In this document: one piece after another, positions 48,347-58,013 of the stretch
Position numbering within the stretch: position 1 is the stretch's first letter
How the letters are laid out: each line of letters begins with the position of its first letter
Source: Myxococcota bacterium
GTDB taxonomy: Bacteria > Myxococcota_A > UBA9160 > UBA6930
Length of the DNA: 64,000 bases
Assembly: GCA_965223705.1 (NCBI GenBank)
Contig: OZ245015.1
Location: 4,064,001-4,128,000, forward strand
Direction of reading: 5' to 3'
Translations under genes and position numbers: made by a program
Notes under the pieces: generated by a model
What the model was told of the DNA's origin: nothing
Database searches by the model: none
Seen by the model: only the letters and a program-made list of their open reading frames with translations

Positions 48347-49090
48347 TCAGGCGCCGAAATACGACTCCAGCGCGCCGATGAGCGAACGAATGTGCGGTCG
48401 CTCTGGAACGATATCGGCCGACCCGCCCCATTTCCGAAGGGCTTCCGTCGTGGCATGGCCGAGCGCGGCGTTGGGCCCGCGCCGCGCCAGGGGATGGACC
48501 GTGGCGGGCAGGGCATCAAACCAAGCGTCGACCGCACTCGGGCTCGCGAAGAGAAACGCGTCGAGGGCGTCCGAGGTGAGGAGATTCGCGAGTTCGTCAC
48601 CGTCGACGTCTTCGCGCGCTGTTCGGTAGAGATGGACGCGGCGGACTTCGACGCCGACCGCGGCGAGACCCTGCTCGAACGTGTCGCTCGCCCCTTCGGC
48701 ACAGGGGAAGAGCACCGCTGCGCCTCGGGGCGACTCCGCCGCGAGAGCCGACGCGAGGCCCTGCGCGCTCTCATCTTCGGGCTTCAGCCGAACGGCGTAT
48801 CCCGCCTCTTCGGCGGCGGCCGCCGTGCGCGAGCCGACGCACGCCACATCCCTTCGAAGCGCGCCGCCGTAAGCCTCGCGAAACCGGCGAACGGCTTCCG
48901 CACTCGTGAACGCGACCCACGAGGACGCGTCGACCTCGTTCGCGAGGTTCGGCGGATCGAGGGGCTCGCTCCGCAAGAGCGGCCGGAGGACAGGCACCGC
49001 GCCGATATCGCGAAACGCCTCACACCAAGGCGTCGCGCGCACGGCGGGCCGCGTGATCAGGAACCGGCGACCTGCGAGAGGGCTTTTCAT
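48347..49090 (-). CDS. hemD: Uroporphyrinogen-III synthase
   Basis: LITRP, FTSAEAV, VGSRTA, LYRT, FASPSAV; ATGA overlap with hemC. Confidence 0.9.
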   Translation of the reverse strand: MKSPLAGRRFLITRPAVRATPWCEAFRDIGAVPVLRPLLRSEPLDPPNLANEVDASSWVAFTSAEAVRRFREAYGGALRRDVACVGSRTAAAAEEAGYAVRLKPEDESAQGLASALAAESPRGAAVLFPCAEGASDTFEQGLAAVGVEVRRVHLYRTAREDVDGDELANLLTSDALDAFLFASPSAVDAWFDALPATVHPLARRGPNAALGHATTEALRKWGGSADIVPERPHIRSLIGALESYFGA

Positions 49091-50010
49091 GTCGATGACG
49101 CCCGCAAGGCGGCGAGTACCTCGGATCCGCCCGCGTTGCGAATCTCGTCCGCGGCGCGAACACCGGCCTGTTCCGCATCGCGTGCCGGCGCGGTCGCCTG
49201 TGCGCGAAGGAGCGATCCGTTCCGCGGGTCGCCGAGCAGCGCGCGCAGGTAGATGCTCTCGCCTCGTCGCTCCGCGTAGCCCGCGAGCGGTGCGTGACAA
49301 TCGCCGCCCATTCGAGCGAGAAAAGCGCGCTCGGCGAGGACGCGGCAGCGGCTCTCCTCGTCGTCGACGCCTGCAACCAACTCGCGGGCGGGTCCGCGAT
49401 CGCGTGTCTCGATCGCCAAGCACCCCTGACCGACCGAGGGCAGCAGCACCGAGACCGGCAACCGCTCGCTGATGTGATCCCCGAACCCCAGACGGTCGAG
49501 CCCTGCGCAGGCGAGGACGACGGCGTCGAGCCCTTCTTCGCGGAGCTTCCGCAAACGCGTGTCGACATTGCCGCGAAGCGGCCGGATCTCGAGATCGGGT
49601 CGCGCGGCTCGTAGCTGGCACGCTCGCCGCTCCGATCCGGTGCCGACTCGAGCTCCTTCGCGAAGCTCGGAAAGCGACGACCCGTCCGCCGAAACGAGCG
49701 CGTCCCGCGCGTCGGCGCGCGCCGGAAACGCCGACAACGACAGGCCGGGAGGGAGTTCACCGGGCAGATCCTTCGCGCTGTGCACCGCTAAATCCGCCCG
49801 CCCCTCGAGCAACGCCTCTTCGATCTCCTTGACGAACAAGCCCTTGCCGCCGACTTCGCTGAGAGGGCGATCGACGAACTGATCGCCTGAGGTGGTGACG
49901 ATGACCAATTCGGAAGGGGCTCCGAATTCTTCGCGCAGGCGCGACGCGACGTGCTCCGCCTGCCAGCGCGCCAACGCGCTGCCACGCGTCGCGATGCGGA
50001 GCGCGTTCAC
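49087..50010 (-). CDS. hemC: Porphobilinogen deaminase
   Basis: ATRGSALARWQ, GKGLFVKE, VHSAKD, RGNVDTRL, GGDC. Confidence 0.96.
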   Translation of the reverse strand: MNALRIATRGSALARWQAEHVASRLREEFGAPSELVIVTTSGDQFVDRPLSEVGGKGLFVKEIEEALLEGRADLAVHSAKDLPGELPPGLSLSAFPARADARDALVSADGSSLSELREGARVGTGSERRACQLRAARPDLEIRPLRGNVDTRLRKLREEGLDAVVLACAGLDRLGFGDHISERLPVSVLLPSVGQGCLAIETRDRGPARELVAGVDDEESRCRVLAERAFLARMGGDCHAPLAGYAERRGESIYLRALLGDPRNGSLLRAQATAPARDAEQAGVRAADEIRNAGGSEVLAALRASST

Positions 50011-50023
50011 CGAACACCTCGGA

Positions 50024-51307
50024 TCATTCGGGTTCGTCTTCGCCGCCGGGTGCCTCGTCGAGAGCGAACAAATGACGCGCCGCCAGAAGCGTTTCCTCGG
50101 CGTCCTCGCCGCCGGCGCGCATCCGGGAGAGCGGCGCGTGCAGGAGTTTGTTCACCAGCGCCCGAGTGAGCGCCTCCACGTGCTCCTGCTGCTCCGGTGT
50201 GGCGGCGAGCTTCCTGGCGTAGCGCTCGAGTTCGGCGAGTCGCACCGCCTCTGCGCGTGCGCGCAGCTCCTGGATGGCGGGGACCGACGCTTTTGCCGCG
50301 AGCCAGTCCTGGAAACGCACGACTTCTTCGCCCACGATCTGCTCGGCCCGCTGAGACTCGCCGCGGCGATCCCGCGCGTTTCGCTCGGCCACCGCGCCGA
50401 GGTCGTCGATGTCGTAGCGAAAGACGTTGGGGAGCTCGTCGACTTCCGGCGCCACGTTGCGCGGCACGCCGATGTCGACCACAAAGAGCGGCCGGCCGCG
50501 CCGAGTGGATAGCGCTCGCGCGACCTCGTCCCGGCGAAAAAGGGGTTCGCGACCCGCAATCGACGTCAACACGACATCGGAACGGACCAACAAGTCGGGG
50601 AGCTCTTCGAGCCCGTGAGCCGACGCGTCGAAGCGACTCGCCAACCTCGCCGCTCGCGCCGGCGTGCGGTTCGCGACCCGTATTTGAGAGAGCCCCGCGC
50701 CGCGCAGCGCTTCGAGTGCGAGCTCGGTCATGTCCCCGGCGCCGACGAGTAGCGCGGCCTTGTCTTCGAGCCGCTCGAACACGCCGAGGGCCAGCTCGAC
50801 GGCGACGCGCGCGACCGAGACCGGGCGCTCCGCGATGCGCGTTTCGTTGCGCACCCGCTTCGCGGCGCCAAACGCCATCTGATAGAGCCGTGACAAGACC
50901 GGTCCGCACGCGGACGCTTCCGCCGCTTGTCGGTACGCGTCTTTCACTTGTCCGAGGATTTGTGGCTCGCCGACCACCATCGAATCGATCGACGCAGCCA
51001 CACGCAGCACGTGGCGCGCCGCTTCTTCGCCCTCGTAACGATAGAGCGCCGCGTCGAGCTCTTTCGCGTCGACGTCTTGCGAGAGTTCGCGACCGAAGAA
51101 ACCCGCGATCCGAAGGGCGGCGGCTTCGCGGGAAGATCCCACCGCACACAACTCGACTCGGTTACAGGTCGAGAGGAGCACGGCTTCGTCGATGTCGCCG
51201 CCGCGTCGCAGCTTGTCGAGAAGAGGCCGCGGGTCGTCCACCGCGAATTGTTCGCGCAGCGCGAGCGACGCCGTACGGTGGCTCATACCGACGAGAAACA
51301 GATTCAC
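50024..51307 (-). CDS. hemA: Glutamyl-tRNA reductase
   Basis: LSTCNRVE, SMVVGEPQILGQ, GAGDM, DIGVPRN; GTG start at 51307. Confidence 0.95.
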   Translation of the reverse strand: MNLFLVGMSHRTASLALREQFAVDDPRPLLDKLRRGGDIDEAVLLSTCNRVELCAVGSSREAAALRIAGFFGRELSQDVDAKELDAALYRYEGEEAARHVLRVAASIDSMVVGEPQILGQVKDAYRQAAEASACGPVLSRLYQMAFGAAKRVRNETRIAERPVSVARVAVELALGVFERLEDKAALLVGAGDMTELALEALRGAGLSQIRVANRTPARAARLASRFDASAHGLEELPDLLVRSDVVLTSIAGREPLFRRDEVARALSTRRGRPLFVVDIGVPRNVAPEVDELPNVFRYDIDDLGAVAERNARDRRGESQRAEQIVGEEVVRFQDWLAAKASVPAIQELRARAEAVRLAELERYARKLAATPEQQEHVEALTRALVNKLLHAPLSRMRAGGEDAEETLLAARHLFALDEAPGGEDEPE

Positions 51308-52092
51308 GACAGCACCCCGGCGCCGGCCCAGGCGAGCAGGAGCAGAGCGAAGCCTGTGATCGCTCCGGCTGCGGCGGGTCGTGGTCCTTGACCGACGCCG
51401 AAGCGACTGAAGACCAACACCAGGTAGATGCCCCAAGCGACGAGTGTGGCCGACGCGTGCAGGCTCTGCGGATAAAAGCTGCCCGAGCGCGCCGAGGTCC
51501 AGAAGAAACCGGTGACCACACCGAGCGACAACAAGAGAAACCCGACGGCCAACGAGATGACATTGATGCGATCCAGCGACTCGAGGGAGGGGAGCACGCT
51601 GCCGGCGACGTCGCGCTTCTGCTTGAGTCGGCGATACCGAAGGATGTAGATCAGCCCGGCTCCGCCCGCGACGCCGAGAAGGGCCATGCCCGAAGCGGAG
51701 AGCAGCACGTGGAGGTGGGACCAACCGGCGTGCGGCGTGCCGGGGTCCGGCGTGAGCCCCGGCAATTGCCCCACCAACAGGGCTACCGACAAGAACGCGA
51801 GCGGTGCAACCAGCACGGCGAACCCCGCCCTGCGCCCGCGGGACAAGAACGCGCAGAAGAACAACACGGCCACCCACGCGACGAGTGACGGAACCACCAC
51901 GGGGTCGGCCAGAGAAGGTTTCGGCTCGCGCAGATGCAACGAGTAGAACGCAGCCGCGTGGAAGACGGCGCCCAACGCGAGGAGCCAAGCCGCGACGCGG
52001 GTTTGACGAGACGAGCCTTGGGCGACGCCCAGCGTTCCGGCGACCGCTGCGGCAAAGTACGCGAGCGCGGTGAGTCCGTAAATGTCGAGCAT
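51304..52092 (-). CDS. CcsA/HemX-like cytochrome c assembly membrane protein
   Basis: About 8 TM segments, HLHV, LPSLESLD, GFFW; located upstream of hemA. Confidence 0.8.
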   Translation of the reverse strand: MLDIYGLTALAYFAAAVAGTLGVAQGSSRQTRVAAWLLALGAVFHAAAFYSLHLREPKPSLADPVVVPSLVAWVAVLFFCAFLSRGRRAGFAVLVAPLAFLSVALLVGQLPGLTPDPGTPHAGWSHLHVLLSASGMALLGVAGGAGLIYILRYRRLKQKRDVAGSVLPSLESLDRINVISLAVGFLLLSLGVVTGFFWTSARSGSFYPQSLHASATLVAWGIYLVLVFSRFGVGQGPRPAAAGAITGFALLLLAWAGAGVLS

Positions 52093-52096
52093 GGCG

Positions 52097-52660
52097 CTAC
52101 GACGCCCCACCGCCGGGCTTCTGACGCGCCTGCAGTTGTGCCATTTGGGCCGCTACCTTCGCTGCGTCGTTCACCATCTCGAAGACCCGAAACGCCGGTT
52201 CACCCATCAGCACGAAGCGAATTTCGCGCACGGAAGTCTCGCCTGCCAAATGCTGACGCGCTTCGTCGAGGAGCACCTCGGCGCTCTGCTGTAGCGTGAG
52301 CCCGCCTACGCCCGCGCCGATCGCCGGCACGGCCACCGTTTCGAGGCGTTCCGAGTTCGCCAGCAGAAGGCTCGCGCGCAATGAAGCGCGAACGCTCTCT
52401 TCCGTGGCACCGCCACCGGGCTCCATGCCCGCCGCGTGGATACAGCGGCGAGCCGGCAAGTCTCCCGCTCCCGTAATCGCCGCGCCTCCGAGCGGGACGG
52501 GGCCGTGGGCATCGCATTCTTCCTGGATCGCGGGCCCGCCCTTGCTCCGAATCGCCCCGGCCACCCCGCTGCCGAGCTGCAAGGCTGTATTCGCTGCGTT
52601 CACGATGGCGTCGACGCTTTCGTCGGTGATGTCGCCCTCTCGAAGAGTGACCCCCGTCAC
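52097..52660 (-). CDS. Macro domain protein (ADP-ribose/O-acetyl-ADP-ribose hydrolase)
   Basis: GDIT, DAIVNAAN, GSGVAGAI, PAIGAGVGG. Confidence 0.92.
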   Translation of the reverse strand: MTGVTLREGDITDESVDAIVNAANTALQLGSGVAGAIRSKGGPAIQEECDAHGPVPLGGAAITGAGDLPARRCIHAAGMEPGGGATEESVRASLRASLLLANSERLETVAVPAIGAGVGGLTLQQSAEVLLDEARQHLAGETSVREIRFVLMGEPAFRVFEMVNDAAKVAAQMAQLQARQKPGGGAS

Positions 52661-52695
52661 GACGTGTCGCCCTCTCGGAGGGTGACCCTCGTCAC
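52630..52695 (-). repeat. 35-bp-period tandem duplication of the macro gene 5' end, forming a 12-codon minigene (52657..52695)
   Basis: TGTCGCCCTCTCGAAGAGTGACCCCCGTCAC (52630-52660) versus TGTCGCCCTCTCGGAGGGTGACCCTCGTCAC (52665-52695); 28 of 31 positions identical. Confidence 0.9.
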
Positions 52696-53306
52696 TCCGG
52701 CCGCAGCTCCGGGAACAACGTGTAATCGACGATCTCGCACAGAGTGTGAAGGAGCGCGATATGCGCCTCCTGAATCCGGCCCGTGTGGTCCGACGGAACG
52801 CGGAGCGCGATTTCGACCTCGTCCCGAAGCTTCCCGCCGCTGCGCCCGGTCAAGCCGATGGTGCGCAGACCGAGCCGGCGCGCCTCGGTCACCGCGGCTA
52901 GCACGTTGCCGCTGTTTCCCGACGTGGAGATCGCGATCAACGCGTCGCCATCGCGTCCGTGCGCTTCCACCAGGCGCGCAAACACGCGGTCGAAGCCGTA
53001 GTCGTTGCCGATCGCCGTCAGATCGGAACTGTTCGCGGTGAGAGCCAAGGCGGGAAGCGCCGGACGGTCCGAAAGCAAGCGGCCGGTCCACTCCGCTGCA
53101 ACGTGCTGCGCGTCCGAGGCGGAGCCGCCGTTGCCCAACAACAGCACCTTGCCGCCCTCTTGAAACGTGCGACACAGGACGTCCGCCGCCGCGACGACCG
53201 GCTGCACCATGCCCTCGGACATCTCGGTCCGCAGCCGCGCCCCTTCCGCGAGGACGTTCCGCATGTGATTCGCTGCGTCGAAAGAACGATTCGAAATGGA
53301 GGACAC
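52692..53306 (-). CDS. gmhA: Phosphoheptose isomerase
   Basis: GNGGSASDAQH, NDYG, STSGNS, RIQEAH. Start uncertain. Confidence 0.93.
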   Translation of the reverse strand: MSSISNRSFDAANHMRNVLAEGARLRTEMSEGMVQPVVAAADVLCRTFQEGGKVLLLGNGGSASDAQHVAAEWTGRLLSDRPALPALALTANSSDLTAIGNDYGFDRVFARLVEAHGRDGDALIAISTSGNSGNVLAAVTEARRLGLRTIGLTGRSGGKLRDEVEIALRVPSDHTGRIQEAHIALLHTLCEIVDYTLFPELRPE

Positions 53307-53446
53307 CTCGAGAGAGCGCGTGGGACAAAAGTCTAGGAAACGGTCGTTCGACCCGAAACGCCGGCGGGCCGGACCACCCAGGGGGAGAGGCGACGCCTCC
53401 GGGCGGACGCTAGTGTGGGCGGACCAAACGCAGGGAGCGAGAAATC

Positions 53447-53773
53447 ATGGCCGACGTCATCGAAGTCACCGACCAGACTTTTGAAGCTGAAATCGCCAAC
53501 TCGGGCAAGCCCGCGGTGCTCGATTTTTGGGCTGAGTGGTGCGCTCCGTGCCGCGCGATCACACCGATCATCAAAGACCTCGCCGAGCAGTACGGGGATG
53601 ACGTCGTGATCGCCAAGATGAACATCGACGACAATCCGGGAACTCCGGGGAAGTTCGGCGTTCGCGCCATTCCGACGGTTTTGGCGTTCCAGGGCGGTCA
53701 GGTCGTCGAGCAGATCACCGGCGCCAAGCCGAAAGGCGCCTTCGAAGAAATGGTGAAACGACTCATCGACTAG
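53447..53773 (+). CDS. trxA: Thioredoxin
   Basis: DFWAEWCAPC, AIPT. Confidence 0.95.
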   Translation: MADVIEVTDQTFEAEIANSGKPAVLDFWAEWCAPCRAITPIIKDLAEQYGDDVVIAKMNIDDNPGTPGKFGVRAIPTVLAFQGGQVVEQITGAKPKGAFEEMVKRLID

Positions 53774-54467
53774 AGGCGCTGCGTTCCGGCGGTTGAAAGA
53801 AGCGGACGGGCCAGTGCCGCCCGACCGCTACGCGGTAAAGCCTGGGATCGGGGTTCGTCACGACCGGGTGCCCAACGAGCTCGAGCAGCGGCAAGTCGGT
53901 AATCGAATCGGTGTAGAACGTGCTCTTGGCGAGATCGATCGATTCGTCTTCCACGAGCTGATTCAGCCAGTAGATCTTCCCTTCTTCGAAGCAGATCGGA
54001 TCGATCACGCGTCCGGTGAAGCAACCGTCCTCGACTTCGAGGCGGGTGTAGAGGATGTGTGAGATTCCGAGCCGCTCGGCGAGCGGGCGCACGACGAACT
54101 TCGTCGCGCCGGACACGATGGCGACGACGTCGCCGGCCTCTTGATGTTGGCGAACCAGCGCGACCGCCTCCGGGTAGAGGGTGTCGACGACGCATTCCTC
54201 GAACCAGGCGGCCGCATCGGCTGCGAGTTCCGCTTCGCGGAGGCCGCGGAACTGCAACAGCGCTTCCTCCGTCCACGCGTGAATATCGAGGAGGCCGACT
54301 TTGTACTGGAGATACGCGCGCAGGCCGGAGAGCATTTCCCAACGACTGACCTCGCCGCGCTCATAGCGGTACTTCATGTACAACGTGCCGGAGTTCTCGC
54401 AGATGAGCGTCTTGTCCATGTCGAAGAACGCTCCGGCCCGGGGACGACCGTTCTCTCGGTGCGACAT
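53763..54467 (-). CDS. HAD-IB family hydrolase
   Basis: FFDMDKTL, VSGA, K, YTDSITDLPLL. Confidence 0.9.
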   Translation of the reverse strand: MSHRENGRPRAGAFFDMDKTLICENSGTLYMKYRYERGEVSRWEMLSGLRAYLQYKVGLLDIHAWTEEALLQFRGLREAELAADAAAWFEECVVDTLYPEAVALVRQHQEAGDVVAIVSGATKFVVRPLAERLGISHILYTRLEVEDGCFTGRVIDPICFEEGKIYWLNQLVEDESIDLAKSTFYTDSITDLPLLELVGHPVVTNPDPRLYRVAVGRHWPVRFFQPPERSASSR

Positions 54468-54468
54468 C

Positions 54469-55578
54469 TCAGAAAATGTAGCGGCGCATCGAGATGTTGA
54501 TCAGAAAACCGAGCCCGATCAACGCGGCGAGCAGAGCGGACCCTCCGTAGGAGAACAACGGGAGCGGCACGCCGATCACCGGCGCGAGACCGAGCACCAT
54601 GGCGATGTTCATGACGGCCGGCCAGAACAGGACACCCACCACGCCGACGGCGAGCATGGCCCCGAACGTATCCTTCGCGTTGCGGGCCACGACGAGCCCC
54701 CACAGCAGGACCCCGGTGTAGAGCAATAACGTCGTGCCCGCCCCGACGAAGCCCCACTCTTCCGCCAGAACCGAGAAGACGAAGTCCGAGTGCTGGGTCG
54801 GTAGAAACTGCAGCTGCGTTTGCGTCCCTTCGAGGTAGCCGCGACCGAAAAGGCCGCCGGAGCCGATCGCGATCTTGCTCTGGATCGCTTGATACCCCGA
54901 GGACAGCGGATCGCGGCTGGGATCGAGGAAGTCCAGAATTCGATCCCGCTGGTAGTCGCGAAGGGCGAACTGCCAGAGCCCGGCCATCCCCGCGATCCCC
55001 GCCAGCAGGATGACGACCCAGACGCCCATGGGGATGCGCAGGAACGGGAGATAGGTCGCGGCGATGAGGGCCGTGAGTACGGCGACACCGAGGTCGCGCT
55101 GCAAGACGATGATCGCCACCGGGAGGATCGCGATCATCGTCGGAACGAAAAGCTCGCGGACGCGGATCGCCTGGGTCGGCGGGTGATTGTGGAAATAGCG
55201 CGCCATCGCGATGATGAGACCGATCTTCGCGAGCTCGGCGGGTTGCAAGCTGAAGGGGCCGTAGATCAACCAGGAACGGTTGCCCCGCGTGACCGGAGCC
55301 AACACGAGCGTCGAGGCCAGCAAGATCAAGGTGGCGATAAAGATCGGGGTCGCCAAGCGTTCGAGCTTTCGATAGTCGACGAACGCGGCGACGCTGAACG
55401 CGACGGCTGCGACACCGAGGGCCATGAGCTGACGTCGAAACTCCGGTGCCATGCCGTCGCTCGCGCCCGCTGCAGTCGCGGAGTACAAGTTCGCGAGACC
55501 GATGCAGACGAGCAGCAGGATCCACCCGAACAGCAACCAGTCGAAATGCTGGATGGAGCGGCGATCAATCGCGACCAC
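54469..55578 (-). CDS. rodA: Rod shape-determining SEDS protein RodA
   Basis: QPAELAK, DLG, AIGSGG, SDFVFS...EEWG, PLPLFSYGGS. Confidence 0.95.
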   Translation of the reverse strand: MVAIDRRSIQHFDWLLFGWILLLVCIGLANLYSATAAGASDGMAPEFRRQLMALGVAAVAFSVAAFVDYRKLERLATPIFIATLILLASTLVLAPVTRGNRSWLIYGPFSLQPAELAKIGLIIAMARYFHNHPPTQAIRVRELFVPTMIAILPVAIIVLQRDLGVAVLTALIAATYLPFLRIPMGVWVVILLAGIAGMAGLWQFALRDYQRDRILDFLDPSRDPLSSGYQAIQSKIAIGSGGLFGRGYLEGTQTQLQFLPTQHSDFVFSVLAEEWGFVGAGTTLLLYTGVLLWGLVVARNAKDTFGAMLAVGVVGVLFWPAVMNIAMVLGLAPVIGVPLPLFSYGGSALLAALIGLGFLINISMRRYIF

Positions 55579-57466
55579 GGTGCGTTCCTTCGGCGACCTG
55601 CACTTCGTCGAGAGCGTCTCGGGCGTTCTTCTTGTCGAAGTAGCGTTTCAAGATGCGAGCCGCGATGGGTGCCGCGGCGGAACTCCCGTGAAGACCGTGC
55701 TCGACGAAAACGCCCACGGCGATCTCCGGCGCCTCAACGGGCGCAAACGCGCCGAACCACGCGTGATCGCGGTACCGGACCGGAATGTCCGTCTCTTCCT
55801 CGAAACTCTCGGTCTTGTCGAGCCGTACCACCTGCGCGGTGCCGGTTTTCCCCGCGACGCGAACACCGTCGATCCGGGCGCGGCCGCCGGTCCCGCGCGG
55901 TTCGCCGACCACCGCCTCGAGACCGCGGACCACCAACGCCAGGTGCTCCGCGGATACCGGAACCTCCCCGACGCGTTCGGGATCGGTCTTCGACACGAGC
56001 TCGCCGTCGTTGGTCTCTTCACGCAACAGAATTCGCGGCTTCCAGACCACGCCGCCGTTCGCGATCGCGGCGTAGGACTGCGCGAGTTGGAGCGGAGTCA
56101 TCAGGTTGTAGCCCTGCCCGATCGAGGCCGAGACCGTCTCGCCGGGGTACCACGGCTGTGAGAAGCGTTGTTCTTTCCAAGTCGAGCTGGGGACCAAGCC
56201 GGTCGCCTCTTGCCCGAGAAGGAGCCCCGGTCGACGACCCAGGCCGAAGCCCTTCGCATAGTGAGCGAGGCGATCGATTCCGAGCTTCACCCCGTAGGTG
56301 TAGAAAAAGACGTCGCACGATTCTTTGAGCGCGCGTTTGAGATCGACCCATCCGTGCCCGGGCCGTTTCCAGCAGCGGTAGTTGCGACGGCCGAAACGGA
56401 AATGACCGGGGCAGAATACTTTCGACTCGGAATCGACGATGCCGTCTTCCAACAAGGCCGCGGCGACGAAGGCCTTGTAGGTCGAGCCCGGCGGATAGTG
56501 CGTTTGCGTCGCCCGGTTCTGGAGCGGCTCCCATTCATCGTTGCTGAGCGCCTCCCACGTATCGGCGTCGATGCCCCCCGCGAACGCGTTCGGGTCGTAA
56601 CCGGGGCGCGACACCATCGCCAAGATGTCACCGTTGCGGACGTCGATCGCGACGGCGGCGCCGGGTTTCAGTTCGCCGTCGGGCCTCGGCGCGAACGCTT
56701 CTTCGGCTTCGCGTTGCAGGTCGAGATCGAGCGTGAGGATCAGGCGCCCGCCGCGAACCGCCGGGATCTCGTCGACCACCTCGACCGTTCGTCCGGCCGC
56801 GTCGACGACGACGTTGCGACCGCCGGCGCGGCCTCGCAGATGCGATTGGAAACGACTCTCGAGGCCCGACTGTCCGATCACTTCGCCCGGGCGGTAGTCG
56901 GCGAAGACTTCCCGTGCGAGCTGATCCGCCCGAACTTCGCCGATGGACCCGAGCAGGTGAGCCGCCATCGCTCCACTCGGATAGTGGCGACGAGGTTGCA
57001 CGGCGGTGGTGATGCCGGGCAAGGCATACAGGTGAGCCTCGACGCGCGCCAACACGTCGAAGGGGAGATCGTCGACCAGGAGCACTTGTTGGTGTCGCTT
57101 GCGCCGGCCCAAGCTCTCGATGCGTTCGCGAAACCACTCGGGATCGCGGTCCGTCAGCTGGGCCAGCACGCGGAACGTTCGGTCGGGGCGGCGCATGTCC
57201 GACGGAACGGCCCACAGCCCGAACGACGGACGCGTCGTGGCGAGAATGCGACCCTCGCGGTCGAACACTTCCCCGCGCGGCGCCTCGAGGCGCAGCGTGC
57301 GAATCGAGTTCTGCTCCGAACGACGCTGCAAGACTTCGCCTTCGACAATCTGCAACTGGAACAGACGCACGCCGAACACGGAGAACACAGCGACGATCAC
57401 CACGGCGCAGAAAACCAGGCGGCCTTGGAGAACCACTTCCGGACCTTGCCCGAGCATTCGATTCAT
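55565..57466 (-). CDS. mrdA: Penicillin-binding protein 2
   Basis: PGSTYK, SCD, KTGTAQ. Confidence 0.95.
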   Translation of the reverse strand: MNRMLGQGPEVVLQGRLVFCAVVIVAVFSVFGVRLFQLQIVEGEVLQRRSEQNSIRTLRLEAPRGEVFDREGRILATTRPSFGLWAVPSDMRRPDRTFRVLAQLTDRDPEWFRERIESLGRRKRHQQVLLVDDLPFDVLARVEAHLYALPGITTAVQPRRHYPSGAMAAHLLGSIGEVRADQLAREVFADYRPGEVIGQSGLESRFQSHLRGRAGGRNVVVDAAGRTVEVVDEIPAVRGGRLILTLDLDLQREAEEAFAPRPDGELKPGAAVAIDVRNGDILAMVSRPGYDPNAFAGGIDADTWEALSNDEWEPLQNRATQTHYPPGSTYKAFVAAALLEDGIVDSESKVFCPGHFRFGRRNYRCWKRPGHGWVDLKRALKESCDVFFYTYGVKLGIDRLAHYAKGFGLGRRPGLLLGQEATGLVPSSTWKEQRFSQPWYPGETVSASIGQGYNLMTPLQLAQSYAAIANGGVVWKPRILLREETNDGELVSKTDPERVGEVPVSAEHLALVVRGLEAVVGEPRGTGGRARIDGVRVAGKTGTAQVVRLDKTESFEEETDIPVRYRDHAWFGAFAPVEAPEIAVGVFVEHGLHGSSAAAPIAARILKRYFDKKNARDALDEVQVAEGTHRGRD

Positions 57467-57476
57467 GGGCGGGCGC

Positions 57477-58013
57477 TCAACGCCGATCCGACTTCGCGTC
57501 GATGCGTACGGCGCGGCGTGTTTCGCGTTCGTTGATCGATGCCAACACCGCCGCGCAGGTCGAAGAGACGAGCGGAGCGAAACCGGCGTTCACCAGGGCG
57601 CGAATGCCGAGATCGTGCGCAACACCGAGGTCGAGGGGGAAGCGGCCGCCAAAAAGCGCGGCCAGTCCTGCCGTTCCCGCAGCATCGGCGACCGACAGGA
57701 TCAGCACGAAGAACGCCAGCGCCAGCGGGCGCGCCAGGTGAAACTGCATGCCGACCACGGCGGTCGCGGCAAAGGCCAGCATTCGAAGCAGAGCGTGGTG
57801 GCCGGCCGGCGCTCCGGACAACATGTCGGCTCCGTAGCCCGCCACGAATGCCAGGCTCAGCCCCAAGATGGGTTCTACGTACAGGGCGGCAGCGACAACC
57901 AGGAGAAGAGCCAGATCGGGCACGTACGCCGAGGGTAAGACCGACGAGACCGCGCTCTGGAGAATCAAGGCCGAGATCGCCAAAAACAGAAGCGCGACCG
58001 CCCGCCGGATCAC
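57477..58013 (-). CDS. mreD: Rod shape-determining protein MreD
   Basis: Hydrophobic, PDL..L motif, located between mreC and mrdA. Confidence 0.85.
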   Translation of the reverse strand: MIRRAVALLFLAISALILQSAVSSVLPSAYVPDLALLLVVAAALYVEPILGLSLAFVAGYGADMLSGAPAGHHALLRMLAFAATAVVGMQFHLARPLALAFFVLILSVADAAGTAGLAALFGGRFPLDLGVAHDLGIRALVNAGFAPLVSSTCAAVLASINERETRRAVRIDAKSDRR

